From an uncultured Verrucomicrobiae bacterium (GTDB lineage: Bacteria; Verrucomicrobiota; Verrucomicrobiia; Limisphaerales; JAHDYP01): a stretch of 64,000 nucleotides of DNA. Location of the stretch: contig CAVXWU010000004.1 in assembly GCA_963765535.1 (NCBI GenBank), positions 593,202 to 657,201 on the forward strand, read 5' to 3'. Below, piece by piece: positions 8,401 to 17,971 of this stretch (position 1 is the stretch's first letter; each line of letters starts with the position of its first letter). A program made the position numbers and the translations under genes. The notes under the pieces were generated by a model. It was not told the DNA's origin, did no database searches, and saw nothing but the letters and a program-made list of their open reading frames with translations.

Positions 8401-10347
8401 CTGCAGGCGACGGTGCGCGATATCACGGTTCGCAAACGAATCGAGGAGGCCTTCCGACAAAGGATGGAGTTGCAGAACCAGCTCACTCAAATCGCCGCCA
8501 CCGTGCCGGGAACGATTTATTCCTTCCGTCTTAGACCGGATGGAACCATGTGTTTTCCCTACGCCAGCCCGACCTTGCAGAAGATTTTCGGTGTGGCGCC
8601 CGAACAGGTCCGCGACGACGCTACTTCCGCCTTTGCGATGCTTCACCCGGACGATCTCGCCCCAGTGCAAGCGGGCATTGGCGTGTCGGCCCAGACCCTG
8701 AAATCCTGGCGTGCCGAGTTCCGGGTGCGCGGCGCCTGGCAAGGCGATATCTGGGTCGAAGGTCACGCTGTGCCTCAAAGGGAGCCGGACGGGGGCACTT
8801 TGTGGCATGGCTTCCTGCAGGACATCTCCGAGCGCAAACGGTCGGAAGAACAACTCCGCAAGCTCTCGCGCGCGGTCGAGCAAAGCCCAGCTTCGGTCAT
8901 GATCACCAATGCCGCCGGCGACATCGAATACGTCAACCCCAGGTTCGTTCAGGTTACCGGCTATTCCTTCGAGGAGGTCCGCGGCCGGAACCCGCGACTA
9001 CTCAAAGGTGCCGAGACGACTCCGGAAGACTATCGCCGCCTGTGGCGGACGATTACAGCCGGGGGCGCATGGCATGGCGTATTCCACAACCGGCGTAAAG
9101 ACGGCCAGCTCTACTGGGAGTATGCGTCCATTTCTCCGGTCCTGGATGAACAAGGGCGCATCACCCACTTCCTCGGAATCAAGGAGGATATCACGGAACG
9201 CATTCGGCTGCAGAGTGAATTGGCGCACCGGAAAAGAGAATTGGATTCCTTCTTTACCGCCGCGAGCGCCGGGATGGTTTTGTTTGATAAGGACCTGTGC
9301 TTTGTCCGCGTCAATCAGGCCCTGGCCGATATGAATGGATTGTCCATCGAGGCGCACATTGGTAAATCGATTCGCGAAGTCGTGCCCCGGCTCGCGCCGA
9401 TCATCGAGCCGATCCTCCGCGAGGTGCTCGCCACCGGGCAACCGGTCCTGGACGTGGAAGTGGCGGGAGAAACGGCCAGCCAGGCGGGAATTCAGCGGAA
9501 TTGGGTGGAGTCTTTCTTCGCCATCGCGGGTGACTCCGGACTTCCGGTGGGTGTGGGCGCCGTGATCGTGGATATCTCCGAGCTGAAGCGACTGGAACTC
9601 GAACGCGCGGCAATGGAAGTGCAACTGCGCCAACAACAGCGGCTTGAGTCCGTCGGCACCCTCGCCAGCGGCGTGGCCCACGAGATCAATAATCCGATCA
9701 ACGGGATCATGAATTACGCCCAGCTCATCCAAGACCGCTTGCCGTCGGACAGCCCACTCGCCGAGTTCACCGGTGAAATCCTCCACGAAACCCAGCGCGT
9801 GGCCACCATCGTCCGAAATCTTCTCACTTTCTCCCGCACGGACAAACAAAGCCACAGCCCCGCCCGCGTGGTGGACATTGTCGAATCCACCCTTTCCCTC
9901 ATTCGAACCGTTATCCGGCACGATCAGATCACACTGGAGATCGACATCCCCGAGGATCTCCCTGAGCTAAATTGTCGAAGTCAGCAAATCCAACAGGTAT
10001 TGATGAACCTGATGACAAATGCCCGCGACGCACTCAATGAACGCTACCCGGGCCACGACCCCAACAAGATCCTCAAACTCACGGCCGGGCGGTTCGAACG
10101 GGAAGGGCGCCGCTGGGTTCGCATATCGGTCGAGGACCACGGGATGGGCATCAGTCCCAAGGTTCGCGAACGGATGTTCGACCCCTTCTTTACAACCAAA
10201 CCGCGCGACAAAGGGACCGGCTTGGGCCTCTCCATCAGCCATGGCATCTTGAAAGAACATCATGGTGATTTGATCGCTGAAACCGAATTGGACCGGTTCA
10301 CCCGCTTCCATGTCGAGCTTCCGGTCCGTGACGACGGGACATCCTGA
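5458..10347 (+). CDS. Multi-PAS/GAF sensor histidine kinase with a degenerate N-terminal receiver-like domain (1629 aa)
   Basis: Track ORF. The protein contains repeated PAS/PAC modules ending in DIT(A/E/V)RK-type motifs. It has a GAF-like block (LQACTEAMVHHLDAAFARIWTLNPEGNILELQASAGMY...). The H-box is LESVGTLASGVAHEINNPINGI. The ATPase N/G boxes are LMNLMTNARDAL, DHGMGI and GTGLGLSISHGIL. Confidence 0.9.
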   Translation: MAINLSILVIENSPEQFQLIDQQLEQIAPPARPHRVTTRDELEAALDLGGWDAVVSNYGLPDFDFPQILKAIRSHYPDLPLVLVSAPIGEENLVEWLKSGLSDFVLKDHLTRLAFVLGRTRRDAAQRHARASASAELRDSRIAALNMMEDADEARRHAEDVSARLRQEIAGHKETVHALREQERQMTTLFSNLPGMAYRCSNGPQWTMAFVSEGSRDLTGYSPADLVENSTVAYGNLIHADDREEVWRQVQTALKRRQPFRIGYRISTACGEERWVWEQGRGVFDEAGTLLGLEGFVTDVSVQRHAELALQRSQALLSQAGRMARLGAWELDVTHLEASDASPLWWSEEVFRIFGYSSKEVEPSRQLFFERVHPEDRGRVMQAVQRSLDERRPYEIEHRIIRPDGTERVVLEHAVTVFDDHDGPLRMIGAVQDITARKAAEQAVRNSEARYRELVESANSAILRFKRDGTITFFNEFAQTLFGYPAEEVLGRNVDLLLPEHESEDHDLSGLIRDIFSDPDRFAFNINENVCRDGRRVWMAWSNKAILDPKGEVAEILAVGSDITEQRRAEAKVRQMSDRLQLAARAAVVGVWDYDLVQNELVWDEAMYRLYGVSRNEFGCAYEAWQTCLHPEDRHRTLEEVERALRGEQEFDTEFRVVWPDGSIHYIKATGLVQRDATGRPVRMLGTNWDITESKRAAEALAQRTRHASLAAEVGAALARKASLRDVLQACTEAMVHHLDAAFARIWTLNPEGNILELQASAGMYTHLDGPHGRVTIGDMNIGRIAAENRPHLTNDVAGDPRIENPDWAQREGMAAFAGYPLWVEGQLLGAMALFTQHPLSDAALDALGATADTLALGIERKRMEEALRASEERHRILFEDSRDAIMVATTPSFRFIRANPATFKMFGVASEAVFQSLSAAELSPEFQPDGRSSLEAIRDMIDSALRQGSHSFEWMHRRLTGEHFPASVTFTRMILRGQTVLQATVRDITVRKRIEEAFRQRMELQNQLTQIAATVPGTIYSFRLRPDGTMCFPYASPTLQKIFGVAPEQVRDDATSAFAMLHPDDLAPVQAGIGVSAQTLKSWRAEFRVRGAWQGDIWVEGHAVPQREPDGGTLWHGFLQDISERKRSEEQLRKLSRAVEQSPASVMITNAAGDIEYVNPRFVQVTGYSFEEVRGRNPRLLKGAETTPEDYRRLWRTITAGGAWHGVFHNRRKDGQLYWEYASISPVLDEQGRITHFLGIKEDITERIRLQSELAHRKRELDSFFTAASAGMVLFDKDLCFVRVNQALADMNGLSIEAHIGKSIREVVPRLAPIIEPILREVLATGQPVLDVEVAGETASQAGIQRNWVESFFAIAGDSGLPVGVGAVIVDISELKRLELERAAMEVQLRQQQRLESVGTLASGVAHEINNPINGIMNYAQLIQDRLPSDSPLAEFTGEILHETQRVATIVRNLLTFSRTDKQSHSPARVVDIVESTLSLIRTVIRHDQITLEIDIPEDLPELNCRSQQIQQVLMNLMTNARDALNERYPGHDPNKILKLTAGRFEREGRRWVRISVEDHGMGISPKVRERMFDPFFTTKPRDKGTGLGLSISHGILKEHHGDLIAETELDRFTRFHVELPVRDDGTS

Positions 10348-10359
10348 ACTCTTCGACTT

Positions 10360-12756
10360 ATGGCACGTGTTCTTATTGTTGACGACGAGCGGAGCATCCG
10401 GCGAACGCTCGCGGAGTTTCTCCGCAACGACGGTTACGAAGTGGCCGAGGCCGAAGACGCCACCGTCGCGCTTCAGCATCTGGAAGGGGCTCAGTTCGAT
10501 GTTGTCGTGACCGATATCATCCTGCCACGCATCACCGGGGTGGAACTGTTGCGCCGCATTCACGCCACCGACCCCCATGTGCAGGTGGTCATGATGACCG
10601 GTGAACCCAGTGTCGAGACCGCCAGCCAGTCGCTCCGGGCAGGCGCTGCCGACTACCTCTTCAAGCCCATCTCTAAATCAGAAATCCTGCGCACCGTGGC
10701 CGCCGCCGCCCGCATCAAATCTCTCGATGATGCCCGCCGGCGCTTGGAGGCGGAAAATCGCACTTACCGCGAAAACCTCGAACGCCTCGTGCACCAGCGC
10801 ACCGCACAACTCCGGGCCAGTGAGGAACGGGCCCGTGAACTCTCACACTTCAATCAAGCCACCCTCGATGCCCTCACATCGCATATCTGCGTGCTCTCCC
10901 AGGACGGCGCCATTCTCGCCGTCAACCGGGCATGGAGGGATTCCACCAGCGATCCCCCTTTGGCCGCCGAGGCTGGCCTCGGAGAAAATTACCTGGCCGC
11001 ATGTGAGTCGCTGGGCGGAAAGGATCGAGAAGCAGCACAGGAAGTGGCACGCGGGCTGAAAGCCGTGGCGACAGGAGATCTTCCCGATCTTACTCTGGAA
11101 TACGCCTGTCACTCGAACGACGTACCGCGGTGGTTTGTCCTCCATGCAACGCGCTTTGCCGACTCGGGTTCCGCCCGGATCGTCGTTGCCCACGAGAATA
11201 TCACCACCCGCAAGCAGAACGAAGAACGCCTGCGCGAACAGGCCGCCCTGCTGGATGCCGCCAACGACGCCATTCTCGTTCACGACCTCGATGAAACGGT
11301 CTTGTTTTGGAACCGTGCTGCCGAACGACTTTATGGCTGGCCCAACGCCGAAGCCGTGGGCCGAAAAATCTCCGAACTCGTGCCCCAAGACGCCGCCCTC
11401 CAGGTCGCAAAAGCCGCTCTCCTCGATCAAGGCAGTTGGTCCGGCGAACTCCAGCAAACCAACCGGGCCGGCAAATCTTTGATCGTCTTGTCCCGCTGGA
11501 CCCTCCTGCGGAATGGGCAGGGCCAGCCCGGCACCGTCCTCGTCATCAACACCGACGTTTCAGAGAAAAGACAATTGGAAGCCCAGTTCCTCCGCGCTCA
11601 ACGCCTCGAGGGTGTCGGCGCCTTGGCCAGCGGAATCGCCCACGATCTCAACAATATCCTCGCACCCGTGTTGATGACCGCCCCGCTCTTGCGCGAGACG
11701 GCCCAGGACGCCGAGAGTCGCGCGATGCTCGACACCATCGAAAGCTGCGCCCAGCGCGGCGCCGATATCATCAAACAACTTCTCACTTTCGCCCGCGGAA
11801 CCCCCGGCGCCCGCGTGCCCCTACCGGTTCGCCATCTGTTGCGAGATCTGGATAAAATCATCCGCGAAACCTTTCCTCGCGATATCCGCTCCCGGCTGGA
11901 CGCCGCCGAAAATCTCTGGCTCTTGCATGGCGACGCCACCCAGATCCACCAGGCCCTGATGAACCTGTGCGTGAACGCCCGCGATGCCATGGGCGATGGA
12001 GGCATTTTGACCATGGCCGCGCGAAATGTGATGGTTGATCCCGCGTTCGCGGCCATGGCCCCCGACGCCAAACCCGGCCACCACGTCTGTGTCAGTGTCA
12101 GCGATACCGGGACGGGAATCCCGGCGGAGAACCTGGATCGGATCTTCGATCCGTTCTTCACCACCAAGGATATTGGCAAAGGCACCGGCCTCGGGTTGGC
12201 CACGGTCATGGGTATCGTGCGTGGGCATGAAGGCTTTGTCCTGGTCGACAGCCAACCGGGCCGCGGCACGACTTTTGAACTCTACTTCCCGGCATCCCCC
12301 CATGCCCAAGTGCCTCCCAGCGCGCCGCATGTCGCGAAACCGCCCATTGCCCAGGGAGAATTGATACTCGTCGTAGATGACGAAATCGGCGTGCGCGACA
12401 TTCTGCGTCGTCTGCTCGAGTTGCAGGGTTACCGCGCTGTGACCGCTGCCAACGGCGCGGAAGGCTTGGCGGCGTTCTCACTGCACCGCGACGAGGTCCG
12501 CGTGGTTCTTACCGACATGATGATGCCGGTCATGAATGGGCCCGCGATGATCAATGCCCTCCACGCGCTGGATCCGCGCCTCCCCATCCTGGGAATGTCC
12601 GGCCTGCCCGAACGCCAGGGCGTCAAAGGGTTCGAGCAAGTTGAGGTCTCGGCGCTCCTCGCCAAACCATTTTCCGGGGAGCAATTGTTGCGTGTCTTGC
12701 ATTCAACCCTGCACTCGCCCGAGTCCAACGATCCCGCGCAAAGCACGTCTCCCTGA
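10360..12756 (+). CDS. Hybrid histidine kinase: REC - PAS x2 - HisKA/HATPase - REC (798 aa)
   Basis: Track ORF, starting 12 nt after the previous stop. The N-terminal REC is canonical (RVLIVDDE, FDVVVTDIILP, LFKPI). The H-box is LEGVGALASGIAHDLNNIL. The ATPase motifs are NLCVNARDAM, DTGTGI and GTGLGLATVMGIV. The C-terminal REC is canonical (LILVVDDE, VVLTDMMMP, LAKPF). Confidence 0.9.
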   Translation: MARVLIVDDERSIRRTLAEFLRNDGYEVAEAEDATVALQHLEGAQFDVVVTDIILPRITGVELLRRIHATDPHVQVVMMTGEPSVETASQSLRAGAADYLFKPISKSEILRTVAAAARIKSLDDARRRLEAENRTYRENLERLVHQRTAQLRASEERARELSHFNQATLDALTSHICVLSQDGAILAVNRAWRDSTSDPPLAAEAGLGENYLAACESLGGKDREAAQEVARGLKAVATGDLPDLTLEYACHSNDVPRWFVLHATRFADSGSARIVVAHENITTRKQNEERLREQAALLDAANDAILVHDLDETVLFWNRAAERLYGWPNAEAVGRKISELVPQDAALQVAKAALLDQGSWSGELQQTNRAGKSLIVLSRWTLLRNGQGQPGTVLVINTDVSEKRQLEAQFLRAQRLEGVGALASGIAHDLNNILAPVLMTAPLLRETAQDAESRAMLDTIESCAQRGADIIKQLLTFARGTPGARVPLPVRHLLRDLDKIIRETFPRDIRSRLDAAENLWLLHGDATQIHQALMNLCVNARDAMGDGGILTMAARNVMVDPAFAAMAPDAKPGHHVCVSVSDTGTGIPAENLDRIFDPFFTTKDIGKGTGLGLATVMGIVRGHEGFVLVDSQPGRGTTFELYFPASPHAQVPPSAPHVAKPPIAQGELILVVDDEIGVRDILRRLLELQGYRAVTAANGAEGLAAFSLHRDEVRVVLTDMMMPVMNGPAMINALHALDPRLPILGMSGLPERQGVKGFEQVEVSALLAKPFSGEQLLRVLHSTLHSPESNDPAQSTSP

Positions 12757-12767
12757 AAGTTCCGGGA

Positions 12768-13631
12768 TCAGGCCTCAAAGAGCGTCCCGGGATCCTCCCG
12801 GCAACTTAGATTCCGACCGCCGGCAATCACCTCCGCCCACCGCCCTCCCACCCATCGACGCAGTCGATAAAGCGTCGCAAAAACGAAATCGGGCGATGTC
12901 CCACCCTGCCCCCCCACCAACTCGGCGCCGCGCCGGACATTGTCGATCATCCAGGCTGGCAACGAGAGATGGTAGGGGTTTCGGCCCAGCTCGCCCGCAT
13001 GAAATGTCAGGGCTGTGATCAATTCCGTAACCTGCTCCACACTCAACTCGACCATGAGGTTTGGCCGGGACATCGCTCCCCAAAACTCGGTCTCCACGGT
13101 GTAACACGTGAACTCCTCCCCCAGCTGTTTCAGTGCATCCGCCAACAGGTAATGGGTCCCCACATGCGTGCTGTTCCAATCCTGCTCGTGCGGGAACAAA
13201 ATCACTCGCGGCCGATGCTCAAACAGTATTTCCCCAATGCGCGCCACGCACCGGGCCCAGTGCTGCTCGTCGCTTCTCCGCGTCCCGATATTGATCCGTT
13301 CCAGCCCTTGCCCGGCCGTCTGCACAAGGTCAAATCCGATGAATGCGCAGCACTGCTTCAATTCCTCCAGCCGCGCTGCCCGCCGTTCCTGCTTGCTTCC
13401 GAGAGTCACCGCCACATTCCATCCCCTCCACCCCGCTTCACGCATGAGCCGCAAGGCCAGTCCCCCGATGATCACCTCGTCGTCGGGGTGCGGTGAGAAG
13501 ATCATCACCCCCGGCGCTGCCGGGCCTGGTGGTGCACGTTCTGGAGTGGGCAACTGACCCAACCCAATGTGCCGGCCTTCCCGGACTAGGCGCGCATGTT
13601 CGGCAACGAATTCGGAAAAAGGATTTGTCAT
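12768..13631 (-). CDS. PIG-L / LmbE-family N-acetylglucosaminyl deacetylase-like protein
   Basis: Track ORF of 287 aa. It carries the family motif VMIFSPHPDDEVIGG (here SPHPDDEVIIGG) and a downstream His-rich block (HEQDWNSTHVGTH). Convergent with the upstream kinase gene. Confidence 0.75.
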   Translation of the reverse strand: MTNPFSEFVAEHARLVREGRHIGLGQLPTPERAPPGPAAPGVMIFSPHPDDEVIIGGLALRLMREAGWRGWNVAVTLGSKQERRAARLEELKQCCAFIGFDLVQTAGQGLERINIGTRRSDEQHWARCVARIGEILFEHRPRVILFPHEQDWNSTHVGTHYLLADALKQLGEEFTCYTVETEFWGAMSRPNLMVELSVEQVTELITALTFHAGELGRNPYHLSLPAWMIDNVRRGAELVGGQGGTSPDFVFATLYRLRRWVGGRWAEVIAGGRNLSCREDPGTLFEA

Positions 13632-13850
13632 GGAGAGGTAATTTAGCGATCGACCGAAGCCCTTTTAGCGCAGGTCCCGGGCGCGGGTCAAAGCCTGTTG
13701 ATGATCAGGGTTTTGAAAGATCGCTATAATCCGCGACACTACCGGTACTCGACCGTTGACACCCCCCCGACCTTTGTTAGTCTCGCCACTCCATTTCGAT
13801 GGTTTGTTCGACTTACGGAATCCACTGAAGCGAAAACGCAGGACAGTTCT

Positions 13851-16622
13851 ATGGCCAAAGCATCCAAAGCTCACAAACACGTCTATTCATTCGGGAACAA
13901 GAAAGCCGATGGTGACGGTTCCATGAAACCGTTACTCGGCGGCAAAGGCGCCAATCTCGCGGAGATGACCCGCATCGGACTGCCGGTTCCTCCGGGGTTT
14001 ACTATCACGACCGAAGTCTGCACCTGCTACTACGCTAATAAGCGAACCTACCCGAAAGATCTCCAGCCCCAGATCCAGGCCGGCATCGCCAACATGGAAA
14101 AAATCATGGGCACCCGGTTCGGTGACAGAAATGCCATGCCGCTTTTGGTCGCTGTCCGCTCCGGCGCCCGCGATTCCATGCCCGGCATGATGGACACCAT
14201 TTTGAATCTCGGGTTGAATGACGAAACGGTCCTCGCCCTCGTCAAGGCCACCAAAAACGAACGTTTTGCCTGGGACTGCTATCGTCGCTTTATCCAGATG
14301 TACGGCGATGTCGTCATGGGCGTTCAAAAGCTCCCTCACGAAGATCATGAACCATTTGAGGTTGTTATCCATGCCCTGAAACATGAACGTTACCAGTCCG
14401 ACATCGAAGATACGAAGCTCAGCGTGGACGACCTCAAGGAACTCGTCACCCGTTTCAAGGCTCTCGTCAAGGAACGCACCGGTAAGGCGTTCCCCAATAA
14501 CCCATGGGACCAGCTCAATGGCGCCACCGGCGCTGTCTTCGGTTCCTGGATGAACGATCGCGCCATGGTCTATCGCCGCAAATATAACATCCCCACCGAA
14601 TGGGGAACTGCCGTAAACGTTCAGGCCATGGTCTTCGGCAATACGGGCGAACAGTCCGGCTCCGGCGTGGCCTTCACCCGCGACCCCGCCACCGGCGAAA
14701 AGGTCTTTTACGGTGAGTTCCTGATTAATGCCCAGGGCGAAGATGTCGTCGCAGGTGTGCGCACCCCGGAACCGGTGGCCCAACTCAGGAACCACCTGCC
14801 CAAGGCCTACACCGAACTGGATAACATCCGCAGAACTCTCGAAACCCATTTCAAAGATGTCCAGGACTTCGAGTTTACGATCCAGGACGGCAAGGTCTTC
14901 ATGCTCCAGACCCGCAACGGCAAACGAACCGGTCTTGCCGCCGTCCGTTTTGCCATCGAAATGGAGAAGGAAAGACTCATCGATTGGAAGACCGCCATTC
15001 GGCGCGTTCCGGCCGATCAACTCGACCAGGTTCTGGCTCCAGTGTTCGATCGCAAGGCCGTCAAGGCGGCTCAATGCATCGCCAAGGGACTCCCCGCAGG
15101 CCCCGGCGCCGCCAGCGGCAAAATGTACTTCAATGCCGATCGGGCCGAAACTGCAGCCGCCAAAGGTGAAAAGGTCCTCCTCGTTCGCAATGAAACTTCA
15201 CCGGAGGATCTTCGCGGGATGATTGCCGCCGAAGGCATTCTCACCGCCAAAGGCGGCGTCAGTTCTCATGCCGCCCTGGTGGCTCGACAAATGGGCAAGG
15301 TCTGTGTCTGCGGCGCGAGCGCACTCCAAATCGATTACACGGCCAAGACCGTCACAGTTGATGGGGCCACCTACAAGGAAGGCGACGCGCTTTCAATCAA
15401 TGGCACTGCCGGCGAAGTTTATCCAGGCGATATCCAAACCGCCGCCTCCGAAGTCGTCCAGGTCCTGGTCGAGAAATCCCTGGAACCCAAGGAAAGCCCA
15501 ACTTACCAGATGTTCCAGAAGCTCATGAACTGGTGCGGCAAGGTCAGTCGACTCCAGGTTCGCACCAACGCAGATACACCGGAACAGACCGCCAACGCGG
15601 TCGCCTTCGGCGCCTCCGGAATTGGACTCTGCCGCACTGAACATATGTTCTTCGAAGGAAATCGCATCGACGCCATGCGGGAAATGATCCTTGCGGAAAA
15701 GACCGACGACCGCAAAAAGGCGCTCGCCAAATTGCTGCCCTACCAACGTGAGGATTTTATCGGCATCTTTACCGAACTGAAGGGTCTCCCCGCCACCATC
15801 CGGTTTCTCGATCCGCCTTTGCACGAGTTCCTGCCTCATGACCAGGCAGCTCAGAATAATCTCGCGGAGAAACTGGGTGTGTCCGTCGACAAAATATGCC
15901 AGCGCGTCAAGGAACTGCACGAGTTCAATCCCATGCTCGGTTTCCGTGGTTGCCGCCTCGGTATCGGGTATCCGGAAATCTCCGAGATGCAGGCCCGTGC
16001 CGTCTTCGAGGCCGCGGCTGAAGTCCAGAAGAAGGGCATCAAAGTCAAACCGGAAATCATGATCCCGCTCGTCGGTTTTAAAAGGGAACTCGATCTCCAG
16101 GTCGAATTGGTCCATCGCGTCGCCCAGGAAGTCATGAAGGAGAAGAAGGTCAAACTCAGTTACCTGGTCGGCACGATGATCGAAGTCCCCCGCGGCGCGC
16201 TGACCGCGCGGGAAATCGCCGAAACCGCCCAGTTCTTCAGCTTCGGCACGAATGACCTCACCCAAACCTGCCTCGGCATGAGCCGCGACGATTCCGGTTC
16301 GTTCCTCCCTCGCTACCAGGAACTCGAGATCGCCAAACAAAACCCCTTCGCCTCGATCGATCAGACCGGTGTCGGTCAACTCATGGAACTCGCCGTCGAA
16401 CGCGGACGACAGACCCGACCCGACATCAAACTCGGAATCTGCGGCGAACACGGCGGCGATCCGTCTTCGGTAAAATTCTGCCATCGCATTGGGCTCAACT
16501 ATGTGAGTTGCTCACCCTACCGTGTGCCCGTTGCCCGTCTCGCCGCGGCGCAGGCCGCCCTCGAAGATGAGCCCTCGGCCAAATCGTCCAAGCCCGCCCG
16601 GCGATCCGTGAAACGGAAGTAG
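13851..16622 (+). CDS. ppdK: Pyruvate, phosphate dikinase
   Basis: Track ORF 13698..16622. I moved the start to ATG 13851 ([57 protein letters not shown]), which is the canonical PPDK N-terminus. The phospho-histidine swivel motif is [16 protein letters not shown]. The PEP-utilising C-terminus is [11 protein letters not shown]...ICGEHGGDP. Confidence 0.95.
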   Translation: MAKASKAHKHVYSFGNKKADGDGSMKPLLGGKGANLAEMTRIGLPVPPGFTITTEVCTCYYANKRTYPKDLQPQIQAGIANMEKIMGTRFGDRNAMPLLVAVRSGARDSMPGMMDTILNLGLNDETVLALVKATKNERFAWDCYRRFIQMYGDVVMGVQKLPHEDHEPFEVVIHALKHERYQSDIEDTKLSVDDLKELVTRFKALVKERTGKAFPNNPWDQLNGATGAVFGSWMNDRAMVYRRKYNIPTEWGTAVNVQAMVFGNTGEQSGSGVAFTRDPATGEKVFYGEFLINAQGEDVVAGVRTPEPVAQLRNHLPKAYTELDNIRRTLETHFKDVQDFEFTIQDGKVFMLQTRNGKRTGLAAVRFAIEMEKERLIDWKTAIRRVPADQLDQVLAPVFDRKAVKAAQCIAKGLPAGPGAASGKMYFNADRAETAAAKGEKVLLVRNETSPEDLRGMIAAEGILTAKGGVSSHAALVARQMGKVCVCGASALQIDYTAKTVTVDGATYKEGDALSINGTAGEVYPGDIQTAASEVVQVLVEKSLEPKESPTYQMFQKLMNWCGKVSRLQVRTNADTPEQTANAVAFGASGIGLCRTEHMFFEGNRIDAMREMILAEKTDDRKKALAKLLPYQREDFIGIFTELKGLPATIRFLDPPLHEFLPHDQAAQNNLAEKLGVSVDKICQRVKELHEFNPMLGFRGCRLGIGYPEISEMQARAVFEAAAEVQKKGIKVKPEIMIPLVGFKRELDLQVELVHRVAQEVMKEKKVKLSYLVGTMIEVPRGALTAREIAETAQFFSFGTNDLTQTCLGMSRDDSGSFLPRYQELEIAKQNPFASIDQTGVGQLMELAVERGRQTRPDIKLGICGEHGGDPSSVKFCHRIGLNYVSCSPYRVPVARLAAAQAALEDEPSAKSSKPARRSVKRK

Positions 16623-16660
16623 CGCTTGGGCCACAACCGTTCGTCTGCGAAATCAGACCA

Positions 16661-16691
16661 CCCTCTCCGCTCCCAGTGGGAGGGGAGAGGG
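16661..16691 (+). terminator. GC-rich hairpin 39 nt after the ppdK stop (terminator-like or REP-like, no U-tract)
   Basis: CCCTCTCCGCTCCC-AGT-GGGAGGGGAGAGGG forms a 14-bp stem with one mismatch. GACGGGG follows rather than a T-run, so intrinsic-terminator function is uncertain. Confidence 0.3.
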
Positions 16692-16875
16692 ACGGGGCCC
16701 GCCGCGCCGTAGCGAAGCGCAGGCGGGTGAGGTGAGGGGGAAACACCGTCGCTCGAGATTTGAATCAAGCCGGGCAACACCGTGTTCATGCCGCTCCTGC
16801 AGGCGTATGCGTGTCCGCAACGTTTTGTAGTGCGGCCCGCTGAGCGCAGTGTCGACGGCGTGGCAACATCCCAGG

Positions 16876-16963
16876 GTCGCATCGCGTCGTCCGCGAAGCG
16901 GAGCGCGGTTGTGTCCCGTCTGCGGGACCAGCCGCAGCAACGTCCGACGGTCGCATCACGGTT
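16876..16963 (+). repeat. Left-flank module of composite repeat, copy 1
   Basis: ..GGGTCGCATCGCGTCGTCCGCGAAGCGGAGCGCGGTTGTGTCCCGTCTGCGGGACCAGCCGCAGCAACGTCCGACGGTCGCATCACGGTT. It aligns with 32875..32978 of copy 2 apart from one ~14-nt deletion, a 1-nt indel and a few substitutions. Confidence 0.8.
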
Positions 16964-17685
16964 CGAGGACGAGGGAGGAGGACGAGGGACGAGCACGAGG
17001 GACGAGGACGAGCACGAGGACGAGCACGAGGACGAGCACGAGGGACGAGCACGAGGGACGAGCACGAGGGACGAGCACGAGGGACGAGCACGAGGGACGA
17101 GCACGAGGGACGAGCACGAGGGACGAGCACGAGGGACGAGCACGAGGGACGAGCACGAGGGACGAGCACGAGGGACGAGCACGAGGGACGAGCACGAGGG
17201 ACGAGCACGAGGGACGAGCACGAGGGACGAGCACGAGGGACGAGCACGAGGGACGAGCACGAGGGACGAGCACGAGGGACGAGCACGAGGGACGAGCACG
17301 AGGGACGAGGGACGAGGGACGAGCACGAGGGACGAGGACGAGCACGAGGGACGAGGACGAGCACGAGGGACGAGGACGAGCACGAGGGACGAGGACGAGC
17401 ACGAGGGACGAGGACGAGCACGAGGGACGAGGACGAGCACGAGGGACGAGGACGAGGCACGAGGGACGAGGACGAGCACGAGGACGAGCACGAGGGACGA
17501 GGACGAGCACGAGGGACGAGGACGAGCACGAGGGACGAGGACGAGCACGAGGGACGAGGACGAGCACGAGGGACGAGCACGAGGGACGAGCACGAGGGAC
17601 GAGCACGAGGGACGAGCACGAGGGACAGAGCACGAGGGACGAGCACGAGCACGAGGGACGAGGACGAGGACGAGGACGCACGCGC
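16964..17685 (+). repeat. T-free tandem array 1 (13-bp and 19-bp units built from GAGCAC / GAGGGAC / GAGGAC)
   Basis: The last T before the array is at 16963 and the next T is at 17686. Every base between them on the top strand is G, A or C. GGG recurs every 13 nt from 17042 to 17302, which gives 21 units. A 19-bp periodicity follows from 17321. Confidence 0.95.
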
Positions 17686-17692
17686 TGTTCGT

Positions 17693-17898
17693 GTGCGCGT
17701 AGCCGCAGTAATGTACCCCCCGTCACCTGAGATGGGCGCTTTCCTCTTTCGGGGAATTATTCTGCCCAATAATCATTCTGCCACTCCCCCGCCAACCCGG
17801 ATCGCTCACCCCGAAGTGGCAGGATGATGTCGGCAGAATGATGGGAAGCCTACCGTCTCGTTGCCTGGGAACATTCGACCGGCTCGAACCATTCGCGC
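17693..17898 (+). repeat. Right-flank module of composite repeat, copy 1 (contains four-box ATTCTGCC hairpin 17757..17841)
   Basis: GTGCGCGTAGCCGCAGTAATGTACCCCC...GGGCGCTTTCC.CTTTCGGGGAATTATTCTGCCCAATAATCATTCTGCCACTC...GAAGTGGCAGGATGAT.GTCGGCAGAATGAT.GGAAGCCTACCGTCTCGT.GCCTGGGAACATTCGA.CGGCTCG.ACCATTCGCG. It aligns with 33729..33933 at roughly nine positions in ten by eye. Confidence 0.85.
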
Positions 17899-17971
17899 GT
17901 TGCAGCAACAGCCGACGGTCGCTGCGCGTCGGGTTGCGACATTCTTGAATGCCCCGAACCGCGTGCGCGCG

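Noticed and set aside
13698-13850. N-terminal extensions proposed by the longest-ORF rule. Examples: 13698 for ppdK, 2797, 18561, 25101 (TTG), 35112, 38086 (TTG), 45234, 48438, 53524, 62101
   Set aside because: In each case an internal ATG/GTG gives a canonical family N-terminus or a signal peptide, sometimes with an SD-like purine tract. The upstream extension is non-conserved-looking. The exact starts remain unverified.
16661-16760. CCCTCTCC...GGGGAGAGGG / GGTGAGGTGAGGGGG segment after ppdK as a distinct repeat family member
   Set aside because: I have a vague memory of similar GC-rich 'GGAGAGGG/GTGAGGG' intergenic repeats in other genomes. Only one copy is visible here, so I report only the hairpin as a low-confidence terminator-like feature.
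16517-17769. Six long overlapping ORFs (256-358 aa, all six frames) with SSLVLVPRARP / DEHEGRARGTSTR-type repeats
   Set aside because: They are artefacts of array 1. The top strand has no T and the bottom strand has no A, so no stop codon can occur in any frame. The 13- and 19-bp periods also do not preserve a reading frame.
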